Assembly: GCA_030726975.1 (NCBI GenBank)
Contig: JANRCO010000090.1
Span: forward strand, 1-59,675
Direction of reading: 5' to 3'
Length of the DNA stretch: 59,675 nucleotides
Source: Ilumatobacteraceae bacterium
GTDB lineage: Bacteria; Actinomycetota; Acidimicrobiia; Acidimicrobiales; Ilumatobacteraceae
Shown: positions 1 to 10,401 of the stretch, piece by piece
How the letters are laid out: each line of letters starts with the position of its first letter
Position numbering within the stretch: position 1 is the first letter of the stretch
Translations under genes and position numbers: made by a program
Notes under the pieces: model-generated
Databases searched by the model: none
The model's input: the letters and a program-made list of their open reading frames with translations, nothing else
Told to the model about the DNA's origin: nothing

Positions 1-18
1 CCGTATCCAGACTCTTCA

Positions 19-831
19 GTGATTCCCGAAGCTCCTCTTTCCACTCCTTCACCCAGCCCTGTTTCCACCGATGAAGCATGGGCTTTAGCTACCCACCCAG
101 ACCGCCTCATTGGGATGCAAACCTCCCACAACTTCCGCGACCTTGGGGGTTACCCAACAGCCAATGGGCATATGAAGTGGGGCGTTCTCTATCGTGCCGA
201 CTCGATGCATCATTTGAACGACGCTGATCTGGCTCTCATTGGCACCCTCGGAATTCGCAATGTGGTCGACTTGCGATCAGCAGACGAATTGGAAAACCGC
301 GGCAAATTTCCGGTCGACAAATATGAAGTGAATTTTTACAATCACTCCATTTTGGATCTCACGTGGTCGGAAGATGATGTGCCTGTAACCGATGATCCGA
401 TGGAATTTTTATTGTGGGCATATCCGGAAATGTTGGGCAACGGGTCGCCTCGTTTCGCAGATTCGGTGAACACATTGGCCAATGCCGATGGGCCAACTAT
501 TTTTCATTGCGCTGCTGGCAAAGACCGCACGGGTCTTTTAGCAATGATGGTTCTTGGGTCGCTTGGTTGCGACCACGAATACATCATTGCCGACTATGAA
601 CAAAGTGATGCTGCAATGGATCGGTTAGTCACCTGGGCCAAGAGCCATTCAAAAGAACTTGCCGATCGCATAGGTGTGACGCCGGCATCATTTCTTCGTG
701 CCGATGGTCGAGCAATGCGCATCATCATTGATGGCCTTGTTGCTGAACATGGTTCGCTACGCAGCTACACCAAATCAATTGGTGTAAGTGAAGAAACCCT
801 TGTGGAATTAGAGAAAAAACTCGTCCAATAG
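19..831 (+). CDS. Protein-tyrosine phosphatase family protein (Y_phosphatase3-like)
   Basis: 270-aa ORF with the Cys-X5-Arg P-loop HCAAGKDRTG. The frame is open back to position 1, so the true N-terminus could lie outside the window. Confidence 0.7.
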   Translation: MIPEAPLSTPSPSPVSTDEAWALATHPDRLIGMQTSHNFRDLGGYPTANGHMKWGVLYRADSMHHLNDADLALIGTLGIRNVVDLRSADELENRGKFPVDKYEVNFYNHSILDLTWSEDDVPVTDDPMEFLLWAYPEMLGNGSPRFADSVNTLANADGPTIFHCAAGKDRTGLLAMMVLGSLGCDHEYIIADYEQSDAAMDRLVTWAKSHSKELADRIGVTPASFLRADGRAMRIIIDGLVAEHGSLRSYTKSIGVSEETLVELEKKLVQ

Positions 832-835
832 AGGT

Positions 836-882
836 TTCTCGGCGCGGTATGTCCCGAAAAACGGGACATACCGCGCCGAGAA
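836..882. terminator. Perfect 21-bp hairpin between convergent genes (probable bidirectional terminator)
   Basis: The arm ttctcggcgcggtatgtcccg pairs with cgggacataccgcgccgagaa around an AAAAA loop. It sits in the 60-nt gap between the two stop codons. There is no classical U-tract. Confidence 0.55.
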
Positions 883-891
883 CACTTCGGT

Positions 892-1752
892 TTAGCTCTC
901 GGTAATGGTGACCGAGTTGATGATGACGTTGCGGCTCGGTACGCCACCCAAGGCGCCGCTGCCACTGCTTAAAGCAAGAATGTTTTTGACTACATCAAGC
1001 CCAGAAGTGACCTTTGCAAAATTGACGTAGGTGCCTTGGCCGTCGAGGGCTGAAGCTTTCGAACCAGCAACGAAGAACCATTGTCCACCTGCGCTGTTTG
1101 GTTCACCAGTGCGAGCCATTGCAAGATCGCCTTCAACGTACTTATATCCGTTGCCTTCGTCGGCAATGGTGTACCCAGGGTCGTCAGTATTGGTGAGACC
1201 GCCACCTTGAATGATGTCAATTGAAGTATCGGTGCGGAAAATAACGGTGCCGTCGTAGTACTTGTAGCGCGACAGGGTGACGAAGTTGTTCACCGTTTGT
1301 GGAGTCTTTGCCGTGTCGAGATCAACAACAATGCTTCCTTCAGTGGTGTCGAAGGTTGCTGTGTACTTCTTGGAAGCATCGATGCACATGGGAGGAGCTT
1401 TTTCGAATTTGGTGACACGTGCTTGTGAACCATCAACAGCTGGGCACTTGGTGTCGCCAGTGAGCGTGGCTCCCGGTGCGGTGACTACAGGGGCTGCTGG
1501 AGCCGTGGTGTCGGTGGGAGCGTCACTAGCGGTATCTGTCGTGGTGTTCAGAACGGTGTCGGCAGAGGACACCTCAGACGTGTCGTCGCCACTGGTCACA
1601 TTGAAAACGAGGACCACAATCAAAACGAGTGCAACGAGGCTAATGACCTGTAGACCACGCTTTTTGGTCGTGGAGCGACGCTGTTGTGCAGCGAGCTCGG
1701 TGAGTCGCTGCTGGCGGTTCAATTTCTGGCGTTCTCTTTTTTCAGTACCCAC
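892..1752 (-). CDS. Membrane-anchored cyclophilin-type peptidyl-prolyl cis-trans isomerase
   Basis: Basic N-terminus, then a TM helix (VISLVALVLIVVLVF), a Thr/Ala/Pro linker and a C-terminal cyclophilin-like domain (GGQWFFVAG...YVNFAKVTSGLDVV). Confidence 0.8.
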   Translation of the reverse strand: MGTEKRERQKLNRQQRLTELAAQQRRSTTKKRGLQVISLVALVLIVVLVFNVTSGDDTSEVSSADTVLNTTTDTASDAPTDTTAPAAPVVTAPGATLTGDTKCPAVDGSQARVTKFEKAPPMCIDASKKYTATFDTTEGSIVVDLDTAKTPQTVNNFVTLSRYKYYDGTVIFRTDTSIDIIQGGGLTNTDDPGYTIADEGNGYKYVEGDLAMARTGEPNSAGGQWFFVAGSKASALDGQGTYVNFAKVTSGLDVVKNILALSSGSGALGGVPSRNVIINSVTITES

Positions 1753-1794
1753 AAGGTCGGTAGGTTAGTCGCACTCCGCTAACGTTTGACATCT

Positions 1795-3075
1795 GTGGGA
1801 ATAGTCGTCCAAAAATATGGCGGAACTTCGGTCGCCGACCCTGAACGCATCAAGGCAGTAGCCGAGCATGTGGCCTTCACGCGTAGCCACGGCAACGATG
1901 TTGTGGTGGTGGTATCGGCTATGGGAAAAACCACCGACAACCTCATTTCATTGGCAAATCAGGTGTCTGGCACTCACCCTGGGCGTGAACTCGACATGCT
2001 TCTTACCACCGGAGAGCGCATTTCGATGGCATTGGTATGCATGGCCCTTGCCGATATTGGCATCGACGCAGTTTCTTTCACCGGGAGCCAAGTAGGAATC
2101 ATTACCGACACGGTGCACACCAAAGCAAAAATTCTTGAGGTCAAGGGCGATCGTCTGCGTGAAGCACTCGCCGCTGGCAAAGTTGCAGTGGTTGCCGGTT
2201 TCCAAGGTATGAGCACCGATCGGGAAATCACCACTTTGGGTCGTGGTGGCAGCGACACCACAGCAGTTGCGCTTGCCGCTGCTGTGAATGCCGATGTGTG
2301 TGAAATTTACACCGACGTCACCGGTGTGTTCAGCGCCGACCCGCGCATTGTTCCTCAAGCTCGCAAATTACAGCGCCTCGATTTTGAAGAGATGCTGGAA
2401 ATGGCTGGGGCGGGAAGCAAAGTGTTAGCGCTTCGCTCAGTTGAATTTGCTCGAAATCACAATGTCCCCTTACACGTGCGTTCAAGTTTTACTTGGGAAC
2501 ATGGTACGTGGGTGCTCGACATGAGCACCATTAATGCACAGCAGTCTTCAAAGGAGAATGCAATGGAAGACCCAATTATTTCCGGAGTAGTTCACGAAAT
2601 AGGTGAAGCAAAAGTAACCGTGTTTGGTGTTGCCGATAAGCCAGGTATTTCTGCTGCTCTTTTTGAACCACTCGCCGAGGCAAATGTCAATGTTGACATG
2701 ATTGTGCAAAACACATCGAAAGATGGCATTACCGATATTTCTTTCACTGTGCCCACAGCCGACCTCGCCGCTGCATTGAAAATTGTGAAAACAGTTGCCG
2801 GTGAGCTTGGTGCAGCAGGAGTAACACACGACGAAGCAGTGGCGAAAATTTCACTCGTTGGTGCAGGTATGAAAACCAGCCCAGGTGTGGCTGCAAAAAT
2901 GTTCCGTGTACTTGCCGATGCCGGTGTGAACATTGAAATGATCTCTACAAGCACTATTCGTGTTTCAGTAGTGGTGGGTGCTGCAAATACGGAAAAGGCA
3001 ATGCGCACATTGCACACAGCTTTTGGCCTCGACTCCGGCCAGGCGTACTCTGCCCCGTTGCCCGAACGTAAATAA
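1795..3075 (+). CDS. lysC: Aspartate kinase
   Basis: The N-terminus [10 protein letters not shown] is typical, and C-terminal ACT repeats are present. The GTG at 1795 gives the usual N-terminal length. The ORF track starts at the TTG at 1786. Confidence 0.92.
   Translation: MGIVVQKYGGTSVADPERIKAVAEHVAFTRSHGNDVVVVVSAMGKTTDNLISLANQVSGTHPGRELDMLLTTGERISMALVCMALADIGIDAVSFTGSQVGIITDTVHTKAKILEVKGDRLREALAAGKVAVVAGFQGMSTDREITTLGRGGSDTTAVALAAAVNADVCEIYTDVTGVFSADPRIVPQARKLQRLDFEEMLEMAGAGSKVLALRSVEFARNHNVPLHVRSSFTWEHGTWVLDMSTINAQQSSKENAMEDPIISGVVHEIGEAKVTVFGVADKPGISAALFEPLAEANVNVDMIVQNTSKDGITDISFTVPTADLAAALKIVKTVAGELGAAGVTHDEAVAKISLVGAGMKTSPGVAAKMFRVLADAGVNIEMISTSTIRVSVVVGAANTEKAMRTLHTAFGLDSGQAYSAPLPERK
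2563..3075 (+). CDS. lysC: In-frame internal start for the aspartokinase beta (regulatory) subunit
   Basis: AAGGAG at 2551-2556 lies 6 nt upstream of the in-frame ATG at 2563 (MEDPIISGV...), just before the ACT domains. This is the known nested alpha/beta arrangement of actinobacterial lysC. Confidence 0.55.
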   Translation: MEDPIISGVVHEIGEAKVTVFGVADKPGISAALFEPLAEANVNVDMIVQNTSKDGITDISFTVPTADLAAALKIVKTVAGELGAAGVTHDEAVAKISLVGAGMKTSPGVAAKMFRVLADAGVNIEMISTSTIRVSVVVGAANTEKAMRTLHTAFGLDSGQAYSAPLPERK

Positions 3076-3090
3076 GCAATACTTAACGTC

Positions 3091-5005
<1,915 letters not shown>

Positions 5006-5012
5006 GAATTGC

Positions 5013-5396
5013 TTAGAGCGCAGATTCAAGTTCGCCTGCAATAAGTGACTGTGCAGTGCGACGCAAGGTAAGTGCATTGAGGGGCTTTACGAGCCAGATA
5101 TCGGCGCCGCTACGTTTTGCGAGTTGAGCATCGGCATCGCGGTCGAGCAACATGAGAACGGGAATATGTGGCAAGCGGCCACCGGTTTCATCGAGACGCA
5201 GGTCCATGGTGACTGCAAAGCCACCCATCGAACCAATTTGTGAGTCGAGCACAGCGAGGTCGGGGGTGCGTGCAGTAACGGCGGCGGTCACATCGCGGCC
5301 ATTTGAGCAAACGGTGAAAGAGGTTTCTGGTGAGCCAAGGGCTGCGACCACTTCGTCAAGGACCCACTGGGCATCGGTTGCTAAAAGAATATGCAC
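5013..5396 (-). CDS. Single-domain response-regulator receiver protein
   Basis: 127 aa, with LAVLDSQIGSMGG (putative phospho-acceptor Asp) and the conserved Lys in WLVKP. There is no output domain. It lies 9 nt downstream of the ArsA-like pair. Confidence 0.65.
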   Translation of the reverse strand: MHILLATDAQWVLDEVVAALGSPETSFTVCSNGRDVTAAVTARTPDLAVLDSQIGSMGGFAVTMDLRLDETGGRLPHIPVLMLLDRDADAQLAKRSGADIWLVKPLNALTLRRTAQSLIAGELESAL

Positions 5397-5405
5397 GTGG
5401 AAACT

Positions 5406-6497
5406 CTAGTCGGCACGAGCCAAGAGTGCGCCTAATGAGCACAGGGCGACGAGAGTTTTTTCCTGGTCGTCAAGAAGTGCGGCAGAAAAGGGAACGCGTG
5501 CGATGGGTATTTCGGGGGCGCTGTGAGTGAATATTTGTGCACTCTCATCTTGAGCGTTGGCCAACCGATGAAAACGTGCGAGGTTTTCTTCGAGGAGTGC
5601 TAAGTCGGCGGAATCTATGGATTGAGTATCGACCAATCCATGGTCGGTGAATCTGGGTTGCATGCGATTCAAGATGAGAAGTGCTGGTTCAATTTTTTGC
5701 TTGCGCAAAGTGTCGGTAAAAAAGCACGCCTCACTGATGGCGTCTGTTTGTGCAGTAGAGACCAGTACGTATTGAGTGAGTTTGTCGTGGAGAACTGTCT
5801 CTACCGCAACTGCTCGATCGCGAAAGCCGGCGTCGAGACCTTGGAATGCTTGAAAGAATTCCACAGTGTCTTCTAGTGCTTGTGTTCCGATGACCTTAGA
5901 AATGAGTCTGACGACGGGTTGCGTGAGGGTGCTGATTACTTTGAGACCGGCGTTAGCAGGTGCAATGAGAATGCGATACAACGGATGATCAATGAATCGC
6001 GTTAAACGCGCCGGTGCACTGAGAAAGTCGAGAGCCTGACGAGTGGGTGGAGTATCAACCACTACTAAATCAAAACGCGGGTCGTTATAGAGGTCATATA
6101 ACTTTTCTGCCGCCATGTATTCCTGGGTGCCTGAAAGCGAACCAGCAATGTTTTGGTAAAACCGATTCGCAATAATGCGGTCTGCTTGTTCTGGTGTTTG
6201 GCTGTATCGGTGGATGAGTGCATTGAAAGTGGTGCGTGTATCGAGCATGGTGGCCCATAACTCACCAGATGCTGATAGTTCAATACGTGAAGGCTCGTTT
6301 GTGAGGGTGCCACCAACACCAAGTGCATCAGCTAGTCGCTTGGCGGGGTCGATGGTAATAACAACTACGCGCTTTCCTAGTTGTGCACCGTGTGCGGCAA
6401 GTGCAGCGGCAGTTGTGGTTTTTCCTACACCACCACTGCCAGCAAAAACGATGACACGGTTTTCTGTGAGTAGTTGGTTCACTTGGCTAGCGCTCAT
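5406..6497 (-). CDS. ArsA/Get3-family ATPase (second gene of a pair)
   Basis: P-loop FAGSGGVGKTTTAAALA. Its ATG overlaps the upstream stop in an ATGA. Confidence 0.85.
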   Translation of the reverse strand: MSASQVNQLLTENRVIVFAGSGGVGKTTTAAALAAHGAQLGKRVVVITIDPAKRLADALGVGGTLTNEPSRIELSASGELWATMLDTRTTFNALIHRYSQTPEQADRIIANRFYQNIAGSLSGTQEYMAAEKLYDLYNDPRFDLVVVDTPPTRQALDFLSAPARLTRFIDHPLYRILIAPANAGLKVISTLTQPVVRLISKVIGTQALEDTVEFFQAFQGLDAGFRDRAVAVETVLHDKLTQYVLVSTAQTDAISEACFFTDTLRKQKIEPALLILNRMQPRFTDHGLVDTQSIDSADLALLEENLARFHRLANAQDESAQIFTHSAPEIPIARVPFSAALLDDQEKTLVALCSLGALLARAD

Positions 6498-7324
6498 AGA
6501 ACCTCAATTGCAACAAGAAGTTGGTCGGCAACATTTTCAATCGTGCATGATGCAAGATCGGAAACAACGAGTTGTGCAAGAGGAAGTTGCTCGGTTAATT
6601 TCGCGATGTTGGTGCGATGACGCAGAATTTGTGCATTACGAAATTCACCGGCTTGGGCCAACGCGGAATTCTGCGGCAGTGCAGCCGCAAGATCGAGAGG
6701 CGCAGAGGTATCGACTTGGTTCACTACAACGGGGGTGAGCTTCACGCCAATTTCTTCTTCCACGGCGTATGCGGTTTCAATGCATTCTTGAACAGGTGTG
6801 GGCTCGGGAATGGTGACGAGCACCACTTGGCATCGCGATCCATCTCGCAACATTTCTAAAATTTCATCGGCCTGCAGACGTACCGCACCACTTTTCACAG
6901 AATCAGAAATGGCTTGTGGAGTTCTCAACATCGTGATGGCGTGTCCGGCCGCGGGGCCATCGACCACAATGACATCGGCAGCGGCACTTTGTTCGAGGTG
7001 CTTGACCTTGCCCAACACCAACAGGTCGTCGATGCCAGGGGCTGCCGACGACACCACATCGAGCACGCCAGACGCCACCATGAGGCGTGAAATGCGTCCT
7101 AGTCCTTTGGTGTCGAGGTACTCCCGCAGGGCTGCGGCGGGGGTCAAAGAGAGGCTCGATATGCCAGAAGGCACTGGTTTTCCGTCAGTTTCCACCAAAA
7201 GGCTGGTGAGGCCACAACGGTGCGCAGCAAGAGCGAGGGCAGCGGCTACCGTCGATTTCCCTACGCCGCCTTTTCCCGCAACAATGAAGACGCGGGACGC
7301 GGTGAAAAACTGATTCGGGTCCAC
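6494..7324 (-). CDS. ArsA/Get3-family ATPase (first gene of a pair)
   Basis: P-loop VAGKGGVGKSTVAAALA, with a GTG start at 7324. The paired arrangement resembles mycobacterial Rv3679/Rv3680. Confidence 0.85.
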   Translation of the reverse strand: MDPNQFFTASRVFIVAGKGGVGKSTVAAALALAAHRCGLTSLLVETDGKPVPSGISSLSLTPAAALREYLDTKGLGRISRLMVASGVLDVVSSAAPGIDDLLVLGKVKHLEQSAAADVIVVDGPAAGHAITMLRTPQAISDSVKSGAVRLQADEILEMLRDGSRCQVVLVTIPEPTPVQECIETAYAVEEEIGVKLTPVVVNQVDTSAPLDLAAALPQNSALAQAGEFRNAQILRHRTNIAKLTEQLPLAQLVVSDLASCTIENVADQLLVAIEVL

Positions 7325-7328
7325 TCAC

Positions 7329-7338
7329 CCTCCGGAGG
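7329..7338. promoter_or_regulatory. Palindromic double Shine-Dalgarno CCTCCGGAGG serving both divergent genes
   Basis: GGAGG on the + strand lies 5 nt before the nfeD ATG at 7344. GGAGG on the - strand lies 4 nt before the ArsA-like GTG at 7324. The whole intergenic gap is 19 nt. Confidence 0.5.
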
Positions 7339-7343
7339 TTCGA

Positions 7344-8654
7344 ATGCGAAAACTTATCTTGGCAGTAACACTGGGCGGACTCATACTCATGGGCGCACAA
7401 AATGCCTCCGCCGAAGAAGAATCTTCGCTTCCCACAGTCGATGTGCAAGAGGTCAGTGGGCTTCTCGATGAAATCCAAGCCCAGGCCATGGAAGATGCAA
7501 TCGAACGGTCATCTGGCGAAGGATCACAGGCGCTGGTATTTCAAATGAACACACGCGGTTCGGTACTGAGTCGCGAACGAGTTGCAGTGCTGCTGGAACG
7601 GCTCGCTGCCGCAAAGGTCCCCGTCGCAATTTGGGTCGGGCCATCGGGCTCGCGCCTCTACGGGCTTGCGGCGCAGTTGCTTGCCGCTGCCGATGTGACG
7701 GCAATGGCACCTGGTACACGCATTGGCAATATGGGCACTCCGCTCGATGCGCAAGGCGTCACTTTTGATTTTGGAACGAGCACTGAAATCTTGCAAGGCA
7801 ACACCATAGGTTTTGCCGATGCACGCAAAACAGGCGCTTTGAAATTTTCTGGCAGCGACGAAGGTGTTCCTGTTATGAAGAATATGATTTTTGCGCTCGA
7901 CGGTTTGTCAATTAACGGCAAAGTGCTCGACACAGTGACGGAAAAAGTTGGTGCCGACGGACAAATTGAACGCGAAGCAACATCAGTAAGATTTTTTAAA
8001 CTAGGTCTGGTTCCGCGTCTCTTTCACACGGTGTCAAGCCCACCAGTGACCTATCTCTTCTTAACTATTGGGCTCGCACTTCTCATATTTGAGTTCTTTA
8101 CTGCAGGTATTGGCATCGCTGGTCTTGTTGGTGCTGTTTGTTCAGTATTTGGAAGCTTTGGACTTGGGGTCTTGCCAGTAAACGGATTTGCGTTAGCGGC
8201 AATTCTTTTTGCCATGCTCGCATTCTCTGTCGATGTGCAAGTAGGGGTTCCTCGATTATGGACAGGTGTGGGCCTCGCATTGTTTAGTGCGGGTTCTCTC
8301 TTTCTCTTTCGCGATGTCGACAGCATGAACTTGCGGCCCTCATGGATCACGTTGTTGGTAGGTATTGGCGGTTTGGCACTCACGTTTATTGTGGGCATGC
8401 CGTCGATGACGCGCACACGTTTTGCTACACCCACTATCGGTCGTGAGTGGATGATTGGCGCACAAGGTGTTGCACTTGAAGAACTTGCTCCAGGTGGAAC
8501 CGTGCGAGTGCATGAAGGCTCATGGCGCGCACGCACAAACCGCGCCACGCCAATTCCTGCGGGGTCAGCTGTCAATGTTGTGGCAATTGACGGAATCACT
8601 CTTGAAGTAGAACCCATTGAAGGTGCTGCGCGCGACTATCGCGAACGCCACTAA
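7344..8654 (+). CDS. NfeD-family membrane-bound ClpP-class serine protease
   Basis: Signal peptide (MRKLILAVTLGGLILMGAQNASA), an N-terminal ClpP-like domain, multiple TM helices, and a C-terminal NfeD OB-fold-like tail (GTVRVHEGSWRAR...VNVVAIDGITLEV). Confidence 0.75.
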   Translation: MRKLILAVTLGGLILMGAQNASAEEESSLPTVDVQEVSGLLDEIQAQAMEDAIERSSGEGSQALVFQMNTRGSVLSRERVAVLLERLAAAKVPVAIWVGPSGSRLYGLAAQLLAAADVTAMAPGTRIGNMGTPLDAQGVTFDFGTSTEILQGNTIGFADARKTGALKFSGSDEGVPVMKNMIFALDGLSINGKVLDTVTEKVGADGQIEREATSVRFFKLGLVPRLFHTVSSPPVTYLFLTIGLALLIFEFFTAGIGIAGLVGAVCSVFGSFGLGVLPVNGFALAAILFAMLAFSVDVQVGVPRLWTGVGLALFSAGSLFLFRDVDSMNLRPSWITLLVGIGGLALTFIVGMPSMTRTRFATPTIGREWMIGAQGVALEELAPGGTVRVHEGSWRARTNRATPIPAGSAVNVVAIDGITLEVEPIEGAARDYRERH

Positions 8655-8661
8655 AAGCGAG

Positions 8662-10389
8662 TTATAAGCGGGGGCCAGCAATACGCAGGTCGCCACGTCG
8701 TCGGGTGATCCCTCGAGCATCGAGTGCTTCAAGGAGTGGAACCGCATACTTGCGCGTGGTGTTTGCCGCTTCACGAAATGCGCTCGTGGTCATGCCATCG
8801 GGGTGTTGCGTCAGTAGATCTTTCACCACTGCATGCGCACGGTCGAGAGTGTGAGAAGCAAAGAAAATACCATCAAGGTTGAGCAAGTGACCTTCTTGAA
8901 CGAGTCGGCGCAGTAGTGCTCGATCAAATGCATTCGGGTCAGGCGGGGTGAACAATGCATCGATGAATTCTTGAACGAGTGGGTGTGTTTGCTTTTGTGA
9001 GGGCGCCAACTCGGGAAGATACAAACGACCATTTTCAATGACTGCTTCTTCGGGGCGAAATGTTCGAGCAGCCTGTGCCAGATGATCGGGTAAGCCAACA
9101 AGTTCAATTCCCTGAAGTTCACTTGCAAGTGAGCGTTGAGAGTTGAGCATGTGAAAGACCTCGGCTTTGGCTGCGGTCAACATGGCGCTACTAAAAATCA
9201 CATCATCAACAGTGGGGGTTGCTTGCACGCCGGTGCGAAGAAAGAGTTCGTTGGTGTTCATCATCCCTCGCTCATCGAGCAAGTGTTGAACGTCGTATTG
9301 AGGGTCTGCTTTGGTGAGGCGTAGAACAGGGTCGATATCGAGAACGATGCCACCGGCAACTGTTTCATCGCGACCAGTTTCACGCAAGATGAATTTGTCT
9401 TGAGGTGCAACGGCAATGGGGTGCTGCAGATACAAACGAGCTTTTGCCGTGGTGCCTGGTGCAATGGACTCGGCTTGAATAAGACGCAGTGACACTTCTA
9501 CTTCGTCGCTCCCTATGTACATGAGGAAATGCCCGCGGCGCGTAATGGAGTGCGCAAGATAGGGGAGAGCATGCAGTTCGACGTCGAGAGTATTTGACAA
9601 CATCCATTGTTCTGGAAGAACAAGAACATCACCACGATTGATGTCGTTATGTGAAATACCGTGCACATTGACCGCAACACGTGAGCCTGGTTCGCTTGTT
9701 TCGACTTCTTGATTGTGTGAGTGCAACTGGCGAATGCGACCTTTGTGGCCTGCGGGCAAAATGGTGATATCGGCACCAACAGTAAGTGAGGCATCGAGCA
9801 ATGTGCCAGTTACTACAGTTCCGACACCGGTGAGTGAAAAGACACGGTCGATCCAGATGCGGGGGCGGGACTTGATTTGTCGAGGAGCATGAACAATGCT
9901 CAGAATTTTCTGGCGCAGAAGTTCGATGCTTAGTTCATCATGAATACTTGTTTCAACAATGGTGGCATCGCTAAGGAAGGTATCTTCTAGCTGCATCTCG
10001 ACGAGCAGACGTGCATCTTCGCACTCTGCTTCTGAGAGCAAGTCACACTTGGTGAGCGCAACAACACCGTGTTGAACACCGAGCAAGCGCAAGATGTCGA
10101 AGTGCTCTTGGGTTTGTGGCATCCAACCTTCGCGGGCATCGACCACTAAAAGACACATGTCGATGCCGCCAACGCCAGCCAGCATGTTGCGCAAAAAGCG
10201 AATGTGTCCGGGCACGTCAATGAACGAAAGCACTTCACCAGCACTTCCCGTGCTATGCGCAAAGCCGAGATCAATGGTGAGACCCCTGCGTTTTTCTTCT
10301 TCAAGACGATCGGTGTTGGTGCCAGTGAGTGCTTCAACAAGAGATGTCTTGCCGTGGTCAACGTGACCTGCGGTGGCGATGAGTGTCAT
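8662..10389 (-). CDS. selB: Selenocysteine-specific translation elongation factor
   Basis: GTPase motifs AGHVDHGKTSL, RGLTIDLGFA, DVPGH and TKCD, plus a long C-terminal winged-helix region. It lies directly downstream of selA. Confidence 0.9.
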   Translation of the reverse strand: MTLIATAGHVDHGKTSLVEALTGTNTDRLEEEKRRGLTIDLGFAHSTGSAGEVLSFIDVPGHIRFLRNMLAGVGGIDMCLLVVDAREGWMPQTQEHFDILRLLGVQHGVVALTKCDLLSEAECEDARLLVEMQLEDTFLSDATIVETSIHDELSIELLRQKILSIVHAPRQIKSRPRIWIDRVFSLTGVGTVVTGTLLDASLTVGADITILPAGHKGRIRQLHSHNQEVETSEPGSRVAVNVHGISHNDINRGDVLVLPEQWMLSNTLDVELHALPYLAHSITRRGHFLMYIGSDEVEVSLRLIQAESIAPGTTAKARLYLQHPIAVAPQDKFILRETGRDETVAGGIVLDIDPVLRLTKADPQYDVQHLLDERGMMNTNELFLRTGVQATPTVDDVIFSSAMLTAAKAEVFHMLNSQRSLASELQGIELVGLPDHLAQAARTFRPEEAVIENGRLYLPELAPSQKQTHPLVQEFIDALFTPPDPNAFDRALLRRLVQEGHLLNLDGIFFASHTLDRAHAVVKDLLTQHPDGMTTSAFREAANTTRKYAVPLLEALDARGITRRRGDLRIAGPRL

Positions 10390-10401
10390 GGAGTTTCTTC
10401 G

